Shown here: positions 47,712-56,104 of the stretch, in pieces
Layout of the letters: each line of letters starts with the position of its first letter
Position numbering within the stretch: position 1 is the first letter of the stretch
Assembly (NCBI GenBank): GCA_964291315.2
Contig: OZ219753.1
Span: forward strand, 2,176,001 to 2,240,000
DNA: 64,000 nt
Reading direction: 5' to 3'
Source: Candidatus Poribacteria bacterium
GTDB taxonomy: Bacteria > Poribacteria > WGA-4E > WGA-3G
Translations under genes and position numbers: made by a program
Notes under the pieces: generated by a model
Told to the model about the DNA's origin: nothing
Database searches by the model: none
What the model saw: only the letters and a program-made list of their open reading frames with translations

Positions 47712-50480
47712 ATGCGAAGAACAGTATTGGCTTTGTCCACACTCGCCGTGCTTATATTTGTGAGCGTTCCGTTCGCGGCAGCAGAATGGCAAGAGAACCT
47801 GGTAACCAATAACACACTCGAAGAGATCTATGTGATCAAGAGCACGTGGCAGGCAGCGAATAGCAACAAAGGCATCCCCGCAGGGTTCTGGACGCGCGGC
47901 TCCTACCGGCTTGATCCTGGGAAGTCCAGAGTGTTCTATTCCTGGGACACTAACAGTATCTATTTCCGTATTTCAAACGCAGATGGTGCGATAAAAGCGA
48001 ATAGCGGCACGACGGCTTCTGCGTTCTGGTCTCATCCGAAGCGCTCCTTCCGCGTCGTCTCACAGACGCTCGATACCTCTGTGACGACAGATCAGCTGCT
48101 TTACTCGGATCGTCCGAACAATCAGTTGGTTCAATTAGAGGGATTTGTCAGCTATACGGGTGGCTCCGCAGTGGTTGTCACTCCGGAGTGGGTGTCGCTA
48201 GATGGGCAGCCGACTGCTCCGCCGAATGACGAACTCGGAGACGATGGGGGTCGGCCTGGTGAAGATGTTGCTCCGCCTGCGTGGGTAGCGAGTGTGATAA
48301 CAAATGCCACGGAAGCCGATCTATATGTAGTCTACGCGACGTGGAAGCTGGAGAACTCGAAGAAAGGTTATCCGGAGGGGTTTCGGACGCGCGGCACGTA
48401 TCGCATTCGTCCAGGGAAGGGGCGCGTGTTTCATTCATGGGCGGATAACGAGATATACTACCGCATCGCAAACACACAAGGTGCGTTAAAACCGGAGGCG
48501 AGTTCGGAGACGTTTGGGTTCTGGTTGCATCCGAGTCGTTCGTTTCGGCTGGTCTCGGATCAAGTAGCTGCGACAGTAGAGAGATCGGGTCTGAGCTACT
48601 CGGATCGTTCGACGGCGAAGTTAGTGCAGTCGGATGGTTTTATGGTATATGAGAGCGGTTCTGACGTGGTAGTGACTGCTGATTGGGTACCGGTAGTGCC
48701 AGTAGATGATGGGAACGGTGGTAACGGGAATGACGTTGAAGATGGTACTCCAGTGCCGCCCGAAACGCCAACGCCTCCAACGCCGCCCACGTCTCCGGTA
48801 ATTCCTGTGGCACCTGCGGGCATGGTTTTAATCCCTGCTGGCAGCCTTGAGATAACAGGCACATATGAGAAGACGGTATCGTTAGATGCGTTTTATATGG
48901 ATAAGTACGAAGTGACGAACGCGGAGTATGCTGCATTTCTGAACGCGAAGGGCAGACACGCTGTTCCGGGGCTCCATAGGGACGAATACAGCGATACGGG
49001 TCAGCGGTGGATAGATATGGAGGAGGATTCTGGTGTTCGCATTGAACTGGTAAATGGAAGCTATCGTGTGAAGGCGGGTTATGAGAATCACCCGGTCACT
49101 CATGTGAGTTGGCATGGTGCGATGGTTTATGCTGCGTGGGCAGGCAAACGGCTGCCGACGGAATCGGAGTGGGAGTATGCTTCACGCGGTGGCAAGTCGA
49201 AGCGTTCGTATTCTCCGTCGGGCGACACGTTTCAAGTTATCACGACAGCGGTAGGGAGTTATGCTGCGAACGGTTACGGTGTCTATGATATGGCTAGGAA
49301 TGTCCACGAGTGGTGTCTCGATGCACACACTGCATATTTCGATGGCACTTTCTATGCAGTTCCCCCCAAACATTCGGCATCGGCTAACAAACATTCGATA
49401 TCGGCTCCAAATCTAAACAGTTTCCAATGGTTAGTAGCTAACTATGAAAGTCTTAGAAATAGTTACCCATTTAATGTAGGGCATCGCATCTTACGCGGCT
49501 CAACTCCCTACATCCCTTGGGGTGAGGTTTACGTACCCAGAGCAAATATATGGGTCGGCGGTCGCAAAGGTATTGCTGCTGGGAGAGTGGATTCCACCAA
49601 TGGTTTTCGTTGTGTGAAGTCTGTGTCTCCGGCACCTGCTAATACTGGTACACCAACGCCTCCGAAAACCCCAATGCTGGCCAAAACGCCGCCGCCTCCA
49701 AAAACCTCCGACGTTCCTGCAGGCATGGTGCTGATCCCAGCGGGTAAATTTCAGATGGGGCCCGTCTTGATTGACGGGAGCAGGAGTGGCCAGCTAGATG
49801 AATTTCCCGATCACCCGGTATCGTTGGATGCGTTTTATATGGATACGCATGAGGTGACGAACGCAGAATACGCGGCGTTCCTCAATGCGAAAGGCAAACA
49901 TTCAGATGCTGGCAAGACCTGGTTGGATCTCACAGATTCTGACACGCGCATTGTGTTAGTAGACGGAGCGTATAGTGCGAAAGCAGGCTATGCGAATCAT
50001 CCTGTTGTTCGGGTGAGTTGGTATGGTGCGATGGCTTATGCTGCGTGGGCAGGCAAGAAACTGCCGACCGAGGCACAGTGGGAATATGCTGCACGCGGTG
50101 GGTTAGCCGGTAAGCTATACCCCTGGGGCAACACAATAGATACAACCAGGGCCAACCACGGTAGGAACACCGGTGGAACTACGGCAGTCGGCAGCTATGC
50201 TGCGAACGACTACGGTCTCTATGACATGGCAGGCAATGTATTTGAGTGGTGTCTGGATGCGTATGAAGCTTACATCTATAGGAACAGGCATTCTCTTGTC
50301 CATAATCCGTCGCCCGGTGCTGACGGTGACACGATGCATGACTATACGCCTCGCGTCTTGCGGAGTGGTTCATATTTGTATTCAGCATTTGATCTACGTA
50401 TATCGAATCGGGGCTATAGTTATCCGATGAGTACGGGTGGCGATCTCGGTTTTCGGTGTGTGAAACCTGCGTCTCCGTAA
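47712..50480 (+). CDS. Secreted protein: two copies of an unknown ~135-aa domain plus two FGE-sulfatase (SUMF1/C-type-lectin-fold) domains
   Basis: Signal peptide; GMVLIPAG, FYMD..EVTNAEY, HPV..VSW..A, RLPTE..WEYA, YDMAGNV.EW, GFRCV each twice; Pro-rich linkers. Confidence 0.88.
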   Translation: MRRTVLALSTLAVLIFVSVPFAAAEWQENLVTNNTLEEIYVIKSTWQAANSNKGIPAGFWTRGSYRLDPGKSRVFYSWDTNSIYFRISNADGAIKANSGTTASAFWSHPKRSFRVVSQTLDTSVTTDQLLYSDRPNNQLVQLEGFVSYTGGSAVVVTPEWVSLDGQPTAPPNDELGDDGGRPGEDVAPPAWVASVITNATEADLYVVYATWKLENSKKGYPEGFRTRGTYRIRPGKGRVFHSWADNEIYYRIANTQGALKPEASSETFGFWLHPSRSFRLVSDQVAATVERSGLSYSDRSTAKLVQSDGFMVYESGSDVVVTADWVPVVPVDDGNGGNGNDVEDGTPVPPETPTPPTPPTSPVIPVAPAGMVLIPAGSLEITGTYEKTVSLDAFYMDKYEVTNAEYAAFLNAKGRHAVPGLHRDEYSDTGQRWIDMEEDSGVRIELVNGSYRVKAGYENHPVTHVSWHGAMVYAAWAGKRLPTESEWEYASRGGKSKRSYSPSGDTFQVITTAVGSYAANGYGVYDMARNVHEWCLDAHTAYFDGTFYAVPPKHSASANKHSISAPNLNSFQWLVANYESLRNSYPFNVGHRILRGSTPYIPWGEVYVPRANIWVGGRKGIAAGRVDSTNGFRCVKSVSPAPANTGTPTPPKTPMLAKTPPPPKTSDVPAGMVLIPAGKFQMGPVLIDGSRSGQLDEFPDHPVSLDAFYMDTHEVTNAEYAAFLNAKGKHSDAGKTWLDLTDSDTRIVLVDGAYSAKAGYANHPVVRVSWYGAMAYAAWAGKKLPTEAQWEYAARGGLAGKLYPWGNTIDTTRANHGRNTGGTTAVGSYAANDYGLYDMAGNVFEWCLDAYEAYIYRNRHSLVHNPSPGADGDTMHDYTPRVLRSGSYLYSAFDLRISNRGYSYPMSTGGDLGFRCVKPASP

Positions 50481-50539
50481 AGCTTCGTTGCCGAATGCGT
50501 TTTATCTTGAGATAAATCGCTGAAAGGCAGTGAAGATAC

Positions 50540-50593
50540 AAAAAAGGGCGTGATAGCTAGTAGAACCTCCTGCACGGCTATTACGCCCTTTTT
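50540..50593 (+). terminator. Intrinsic terminator-like hairpin
   Basis: AAAAAAGGGCGTGATAGC...GCTATTACGCCCTTTTT. Confidence 0.7.
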
Positions 50594-50633
50594 CTATTTT
50601 TGAGGGATCAAATCAAAACAGAGGGCACATCAC

Positions 50634-50714
50634 ATGGATTGGCAATTGGAAACAACCGTCTCCAACCAACAAGTTAAATTTTACAAAGATAACGGGTATC
50701 TCACATTCGGATGA
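50634..50714 (+). pseudogene. N-terminal remnant of a phytanoyl-CoA dioxygenase (PhyH)-like gene
   Basis: GAGGG RBS then MDWQLETTVSNQQVKFYKDNGYLTFG*, matching the PhyH N-terminal pattern .Q...FY.ENGYL. Confidence 0.5.
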
Positions 50715-50760
50715 AAAGTAGGCGAAACTTATTTACCAGTAATAATGAACAATCAACTAT

Positions 50761-50877
50761 GAAAAAAAACTTGACACATTAAATGGGTTTGTGATACCAT
50801 ATAATTACGTGTTAATCTGAAAAACCTGACACATTAAGTGGGTTTGTGGTATCATTAACTATGTGTTAGCTGGAAAA
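50761..50877 (+). repeat. Imperfect tandem duplication (~56 bp) of a promoter-like segment
   Basis: AAAACTTGACACATTAAATGGGTTTGTGATACCAT...GTGTTA and AAAACCTGACACATTAAGTGGGTTTGTGGTATCAT...GTGTTA. Confidence 0.75.
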
Positions 50878-51019
50878 GCAGGTAAAATGTAAATAACCTG
50901 CTTAAAGATGACAAATAATAATGGACAACCGATTATGATGGGAAATCCATTTTAGTAAATTTCCTCCTCTACTTCCAGGTGAAAGTAGAGCGGAAGACGC
51001 AACAAAGGAGTATTTTCCG

Positions 51020-51658
51020 ATGAAAACGTATGTGACAATCCCGACACTTATGATCGCAGTGCTTGCGATTCTCGCCTGCAGCTTCACACCGCACGCTTGG
51101 AGTAAGGCGCAAACCAGCTTTAATAGCCCCTCGGCTACGTTGCAAGTAGAAACAGACCGGCAATTTATCACAGAGCCCGAGGCGAAACCCACGGAGCCGG
51201 GTAGATTGGCGAAACCTCACGGGACAGTGGGCTTACACTTTATCACAGAGCCCGAGGCGAAACCCACAGAACCCGGTGAACTAGAACCCGCTCTCGTGCG
51301 TCCAAGACAACAAGAGCTCGCAGATCGCCTGCTCTTGCTATCCGAGAAGCAGCAGGCAATCCCAAAGCAGTCTGCACTGCTCACAAACTATCCGAACCCG
51401 TTCAACCCAGAGACTTGGATCCCATACGACCTCGCAGATGCCGCTGAAGTCAAAGTGTCCATTTACGCGGCTGATGGCAGCTTAGTGCGGACGCTCTCCT
51501 TAGGGCATCAGGCACCCGGTGCCTACCGCAGCAAGTCTCGTGCGGTGTATTGGGATGGGCGTAACGATACGGGTGAGTCTGTTGCGAGTGGTGTCTATTT
51601 CTACACACTTGAAGCAGGTTCTTTCCACGCAACCCGTAAAATGTTGATAATGAAGTAG
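51020..51658 (+). CDS. Small secreted protein with T9SS-A/FlgD-Ig-like C-terminal domain
   Basis: Signal peptide, FITEPEAKPTEPG x2, then LLTNYPNPFNPETWIPY...YWDGRN..GE.VASGVYFY.L...TRKMLI.K. Confidence 0.85.
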   Translation: MKTYVTIPTLMIAVLAILACSFTPHAWSKAQTSFNSPSATLQVETDRQFITEPEAKPTEPGRLAKPHGTVGLHFITEPEAKPTEPGELEPALVRPRQQELADRLLLLSEKQQAIPKQSALLTNYPNPFNPETWIPYDLADAAEVKVSIYAADGSLVRTLSLGHQAPGAYRSKSRAVYWDGRNDTGESVASGVYFYTLEAGSFHATRKMLIMK

Positions 51659-51679
51659 TTAAGAATAAGGAGGCACAAA

Positions 51680-53572
51680 ATGCGTAGGACAGTATTGGTT
51701 CTCTCCCTGCTTGCCGTATTCATGTTTGCGAGCGTCCCGTTCGCAGCGGCAGAATGGAAGATGAATCTTGTAACGAACAATACGCCGGAAGATGTGTATG
51801 TGATCAGGGCTACATGGAAGGCGGCGGATAGCACCAAAGACATCCCGGCTGGTTTCTGGACGCGAGGTCCCTACCGTATCAATCCTGGTAAGACGCGTAT
51901 TTTTTATTCGTGGTCAAGTAACAGCATCTATTTCCGTATTTCAAACGCAGATGGTGCGATAAAACCGGAGGGCAGCACGTCGACGTCTCCGTTTTGGGTT
52001 CATCCGGGTCGGTCGTTTCGTGTTGTTTCGGCTGCGTTTGATGGTTCGGTAGGAGTGGATCAGCTGCTGTATTCGGATCGTTCGAGTGATCAGTTAGTGC
52101 ACTCGGATGGTTTTGTACAGTGTGCGGGTGGTTGTCAAGTGACCGTCACTTCTGATTGGGTACCTCTGAATGGGTCCCCGGCTACTTTTACGACTGACGA
52201 GCTCACAGGTGGTGATAGTGGAAATGATGCTGACACTGTTCCGGAATGGACAGAGAACATAATAAAAAATGGGACAGAATCGGATGTGTATGTGGTCCGT
52301 TCCACGTGGAAGGAGGCAAACACAGATCTAGGAATTCCGGAGGGTTTTCGGACCCGAGGCCGCTATCGTATCCGTCCTGGTAAGGCACGAGTGTTTCATT
52401 CATGGGCGGATAACGGGATTTATTTCCGCATTTCAAACGCAGATGGTGCGATAAAACCGGAGAGCAGCACGTCGACATTCCCCTTCTGGGTTCATCCGGG
52501 TCGGTCGTTTCGGGTTGTCTCTGCGGCATTTGATGCTTCCGTAGCGGCGGATCAATTGCTGTACTCGGATCGTTCGCAGGGCCGGTTAGTCCACTCAGAC
52601 GGGTTTATGCTGTGTGCAAGTGGTTGTCAACTGATCGTCACTTCTGACTGGGTGTCGGTATCTTCTAGGAATAACGAGGGTAACGATAACAGTGAAACAC
52701 CACTGTCACCTCTGCAACTCGAGGAGTCTACTCAGCAAAGCCCGGAGCAAACCCAGAGGACTGCTCAGCAGCTCACGAGTACTGAGGGCATGGTGCTGAT
52801 CCCTGCAGGTAGCTTTCAGATGGGCAGCACGACGGGCGATGCGGATGAAAGTCCTGTTCACACTGTCACTTTAGATGCATTTTATATGGATGTTGATCCG
52901 GTGACAAACGCAGAATATGTCGAGTTTCTCAATGCTATGGGCAAACATGCTGATGATGCCGGCAATAAGTGGTGTGTGCTGGATAACGATGATTCCTCGT
53001 ACTTATTTCCGTGTGCTCACTCACAGCTAGTGTTGGTAGACGGTGTATATAGTGCAAAGGACGGGTGTGCGAATTGTCCCGTTGTTCGGGTGAGTTGGTA
53101 TGGTGCGATGGCGTATGCGAAATGGGTAGGCAAACGGCTCCCGACTGAGGCGGAGTGGGAATACGCTGGACGCGGTGGACTCTCCGGTAAAAAATATCCT
53201 TGGGGCGACACAATAGATTCCAGTCGTGCGAACTATGGTTCCCCTGCCTCGACAGAGAGCGGTACGTATCCAGCGAATGGTTATGGCCTCTATGATATGG
53301 CTGGTAATGTCTGGGAGTGGTGTCTGGATGCGTATGATATGGAGTTCTATACAAGTTCTCCTGCCCAGAACCCGTTGTCGGGCGCTGACAGTATCCAGTC
53401 GTTAGTAGATACCTATACAGCGGTTGATCCGACGACGCTTCGCGTGTTGCGCGGTGGTTCCTATCTCTATTCTACAGCCGAAACTGTGCGGGTGTCCAAT
53501 CGAGAGTACATTATGCCGATAAGCACGGGGCAAGACCTCGGTTTCCGTTGTGTGAGGTCTGTACCAAAGTAA
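51680..53572 (+). CDS. Secreted protein: two copies of the same unknown domain plus one FGE-sulfatase domain (paralog of 47712)
   Basis: MRRTVL signal peptide nearly identical to 47712; GMVLIPAGSFQMG, RLPTEAEWEYA, YDMAGNVWEW, RVLRGGS, GFRCV. Confidence 0.88.
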   Translation: MRRTVLVLSLLAVFMFASVPFAAAEWKMNLVTNNTPEDVYVIRATWKAADSTKDIPAGFWTRGPYRINPGKTRIFYSWSSNSIYFRISNADGAIKPEGSTSTSPFWVHPGRSFRVVSAAFDGSVGVDQLLYSDRSSDQLVHSDGFVQCAGGCQVTVTSDWVPLNGSPATFTTDELTGGDSGNDADTVPEWTENIIKNGTESDVYVVRSTWKEANTDLGIPEGFRTRGRYRIRPGKARVFHSWADNGIYFRISNADGAIKPESSTSTFPFWVHPGRSFRVVSAAFDASVAADQLLYSDRSQGRLVHSDGFMLCASGCQLIVTSDWVSVSSRNNEGNDNSETPLSPLQLEESTQQSPEQTQRTAQQLTSTEGMVLIPAGSFQMGSTTGDADESPVHTVTLDAFYMDVDPVTNAEYVEFLNAMGKHADDAGNKWCVLDNDDSSYLFPCAHSQLVLVDGVYSAKDGCANCPVVRVSWYGAMAYAKWVGKRLPTEAEWEYAGRGGLSGKKYPWGDTIDSSRANYGSPASTESGTYPANGYGLYDMAGNVWEWCLDAYDMEFYTSSPAQNPLSGADSIQSLVDTYTAVDPTTLRVLRGGSYLYSTAETVRVSNREYIMPISTGQDLGFRCVRSVPK

Positions 53573-53649
53573 GGCACAACCGTTCCTTGAGATCCCCTTC
53601 ATATCCACCGTAAGTGAAGATGGACTTGCGATTTGTCACAGAACCCAAA

Positions 53650-53806
53650 GATGGCTGTCTAGTGTGGGCATTGTGATGCTCGGACATCAGGCATCGGGTA
53701 TTTATCGTAGCAAGTCTTGTGCGGTGGGGGTATTGGGCGGATCGTACGAAGCTGAGGACCCGTCGCAAGTGGTGTCTATCTCTGGGCGCTTGAGGCGGGT
53801 CTTCCG
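53650..53806 (+). pseudogene. Decayed copy of the FlgD/T9SS-like C-terminal domain
   Basis: GGACATCAGGCATCGGGT...CGTAGCAAGTCTTGTGCGG...TATTGG...GCAAGTGGTGTCTAT...CTTGAGGCGGGT aligns by eye with 51473-51625, with frameshifts; boundaries approximate. Confidence 0.65.
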
Positions 53807-53855
53807 GTTATAAATGAAGAATAATGTCAAAAAACGGATGAGGAGGCAAATACGA

Positions 53856-54089
53856 ATGAAAGTGAGAATTGAATACTGCGCCGCTTGAAACTACCAACCC
53901 CGGGCAGCCAGTCTGGCAGATGCCTTGAAACAGAAATATGGTGATGGGATTACAACAGTTGATTTAATTCCGGGTAGTGGTGGGGCTTTCGAGGTTTCGT
54001 TAAATCAAACACTGCTCTATTCAAAATTAAAGACGGGGCAGTTTCCAACAACAGAACAGATAACAAGTGCTATAGACGACGCAGCATAA
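53856..54089 (+). CDS. Rdx-family (SelW/SelT/SelH-like) selenoprotein with CxxU motif
   Basis: AGGAGG RBS; MKVRIEYCAA-TGA(53886-53888)-NYQPRAASLA...LIPGSGGAFEV...LLYSKLKTGQFP; family motifs on both sides of the TGA; 77 aa. Confidence 0.9.
53903..53924 (+). promoter_or_regulatory. Putative bacterial SECIS hairpin
   Basis: GGCA-GCCA-GTC-TGGC-AGA-TGCC starting 15 nt after the in-frame TGA; apical (A)GUC(U) resembles the fdhF SECIS tip. Confidence 0.6.
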
Positions 54090-54138
54090 GTGCTACCACG
54101 CATCAGCAGTCTGGTAAGCATTTTTTGAAAATTAACTG

Positions 54139-54196
54139 AAGTCGTCAAAAACCTAGCGGATTATCACAAAATTTGTGCTACGGTTTTTGACGACTT
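54139..54196. terminator. Long hairpin between convergent genes
   Basis: AAGTCGTCAAAAACC...GGTTTTTGACGACTT inverted repeat. Confidence 0.55.
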
Positions 54197-54214
54197 GCTG
54201 CCGAATGCTGATAT

Positions 54215-55078
54215 CTACTCTACAGCGACGATCGCGATTTTAGATCGATCTGCTTCCTTGATAAGTGCATCGAGGTTCATAACAAAAGTTCGCCGTGCTT
54301 CTACTGCAAGCGCAGCTGCTTTGATTTGCTTTAGCCCCTTTAGCGTCTGCATTCCCACAGTCGGCACATCAACACGGAAATCGTGATGCTCCGCGGCTGC
54401 TTTTGCGATCACTATTCCTTTCATTCCTAAGCTTCCGACCCTCCGAATGGTTAGATCTGTCCCTTCGATCGCCTCAACTGCAAGGACAATCTGGTTTTTA
54501 ACAGCAACTGTTTGTCCAATATCCATGTTTGCTATCTGTCGGGCAGTACGAATACCGAGTTCAATGTCTGCCCATTGATTTGTTGTAGGTTTTCGCGCTG
54601 TTAAAACGCCGGGGCTTGGAAGAAGGTGGCGGAGGTAGTGATCTTGGGTGAGGATAATCAGTCCAGTAGATTCAAGATAGGTGAGTGCTGCATCAACAAT
54701 TGCAGCGGGGTTTTTACGTCTGTTCTGTACTAAAACCCTGATGATGGTTGCGTCAATCCGGAACGGACGAAGTAAAATATCTCTTTCGACTTTTCCGATA
54801 ATCACGACCTCTTTTACATTCGTATCGAGCAGGGTTCGGGCAATCTTTTGAATCTGACCGACACCGCAAGTATGGAGTTCATCTGTGAGTCCAGCGAAAC
54901 GTTGCGGGTCAGACTTCGTAATTTGGATGATAACGGGGGTTCGTTTATGATCGACAACGGCACGTGCTAACAGCACCGGCAACTCGCCCGCGCCTGCAAT
55001 AATACCGAGTTTTTCCACCGCTTGGGTCCCCGTTTTCTTTAATGCTGTGTCTCTGTGTGGTGTTCCTTGGACCAGCAC
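54215..55078 (-). CDS. lpxI: UDP-2,3-diacylglucosamine diphosphatase LpxI
   Basis: LGIIAGAGELP, DIGQTV.V, AVEAIEGTD..I.R, DFRVDVPTVG; directly downstream of lpxA. Confidence 0.88.
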   Translation of the reverse strand: MLVQGTPHRDTALKKTGTQAVEKLGIIAGAGELPVLLARAVVDHKRTPVIIQITKSDPQRFAGLTDELHTCGVGQIQKIARTLLDTNVKEVVIIGKVERDILLRPFRIDATIIRVLVQNRRKNPAAIVDAALTYLESTGLIILTQDHYLRHLLPSPGVLTARKPTTNQWADIELGIRTARQIANMDIGQTVAVKNQIVLAVEAIEGTDLTIRRVGSLGMKGIVIAKAAAEHHDFRVDVPTVGMQTLKGLKQIKAAALAVEARRTFVMNLDALIKEADRSKIAIVAVE

Positions 55079-55127
55079 TATCTCAGATTCCTTAAAGCCC
55101 TTGCTTGAGATGATAATTTTACAAAAA

Positions 55128-55952
55128 TTAGCCGCTCAAAGTACGATTCGGTTGGCTGAATCCGATGCCCCGTTTGGAACACTCAATAAATTGGAGTAGA
55201 TATTCAACCTCCGCGGTCGTTTCGAGTTCCTTTTTGGCTCTGGCGACAGCGTGTCGGAGAGGCAACCCGGATCGGAACAAGAGTCGGAACGCTTTTTTTA
55301 AGGATGCCAATGCTTCAGGCGTAAGTTGTGATAAAGGGTTGATACTTGATGTCTGTATGCCGATCCGATTGAGACTCCGGACCCGTGCTGGTTGCCCGGC
55401 AGAAAGTGTGAACGGCGGAATATCTTGGACGATCTTCGAGAAACCGCCGGCCATCGACATTTTGCCAACACGGACATATTGATGTAAGGCTGCATGTGCC
55501 CCGAGTCGAACATCATCTTCAATCACAACATGCCCTGCAAGCGAGACAAAGTTCGCCATGATTATCCTGCTTCCGACGACGGTGTCATGCGCGAGGTTAA
55601 CCCAATTCATTAACAGGTTATTGTCTCCAAGGACGGTCGCCCCTTCTTCAAACGTTGATCTGGAAATAGAGACGTATTCGCGGAGCGTATTGCGGTTACC
55701 GATTTTCACATAACTCCGCCAACCGCCATATTTCAAGTCCTTAGATTCGTTACCGATGGTAGCCCCGAAATAAATTTTGCATTCCTCACCGATAGTTGTC
55801 CATTTCTCAATCTGAACATGTGGCCCAATTTCAGTGCCGCGCCCGATATGAACATCTTCACCGATAAGACTATAGGGACCAATCTTAACGCCTTCTCCCA
55901 ATGTCGCTTTTGGAGAGATAATAGCCGTAGGGTGAATGTTAGTTTCTATCAC
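55128..55952 (-). CDS. lpxA: Acyl-ACP--UDP-N-acetylglucosamine O-acyltransferase
   Basis: IHPTAII, hexapeptide repeats, KDLKY, AHD, LAGHV, HQY, QDIPPF, SKRGI. Confidence 0.93.
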   Translation of the reverse strand: MIETNIHPTAIISPKATLGEGVKIGPYSLIGEDVHIGRGTEIGPHVQIEKWTTIGEECKIYFGATIGNESKDLKYGGWRSYVKIGNRNTLREYVSISRSTFEEGATVLGDNNLLMNWVNLAHDTVVGSRIIMANFVSLAGHVVIEDDVRLGAHAALHQYVRVGKMSMAGGFSKIVQDIPPFTLSAGQPARVRSLNRIGIQTSSINPLSQLTPEALASLKKAFRLLFRSGLPLRHAVARAKKELETTAEVEYLLQFIECSKRGIGFSQPNRTLSG

Positions 55953-56104
55953 AAATTTTCCCTCCGCTTAAGAGTTTTCTGTTACCAGCATCGATTATCA
56001 GTTAAGAGAACGTGTGTGACAGGCCGTTTCCGCTAGCGGTCACGAGGCGTTCTGTGTCGCTTGTCATAGAAAAACCTTGCTAGCTGACAATTGACAATCC
56101 TAAC

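Noticed and set aside
47712-53572. Diversity-generating retroelement, since FGE/C-type-lectin folds are common DGR targets
   Set aside because: No reverse transcriptase or non-coding template repeat in the window; differences between the C-terminal regions (~50350-50465 vs ~53440-53555) are not adenine-specific and include an indel.
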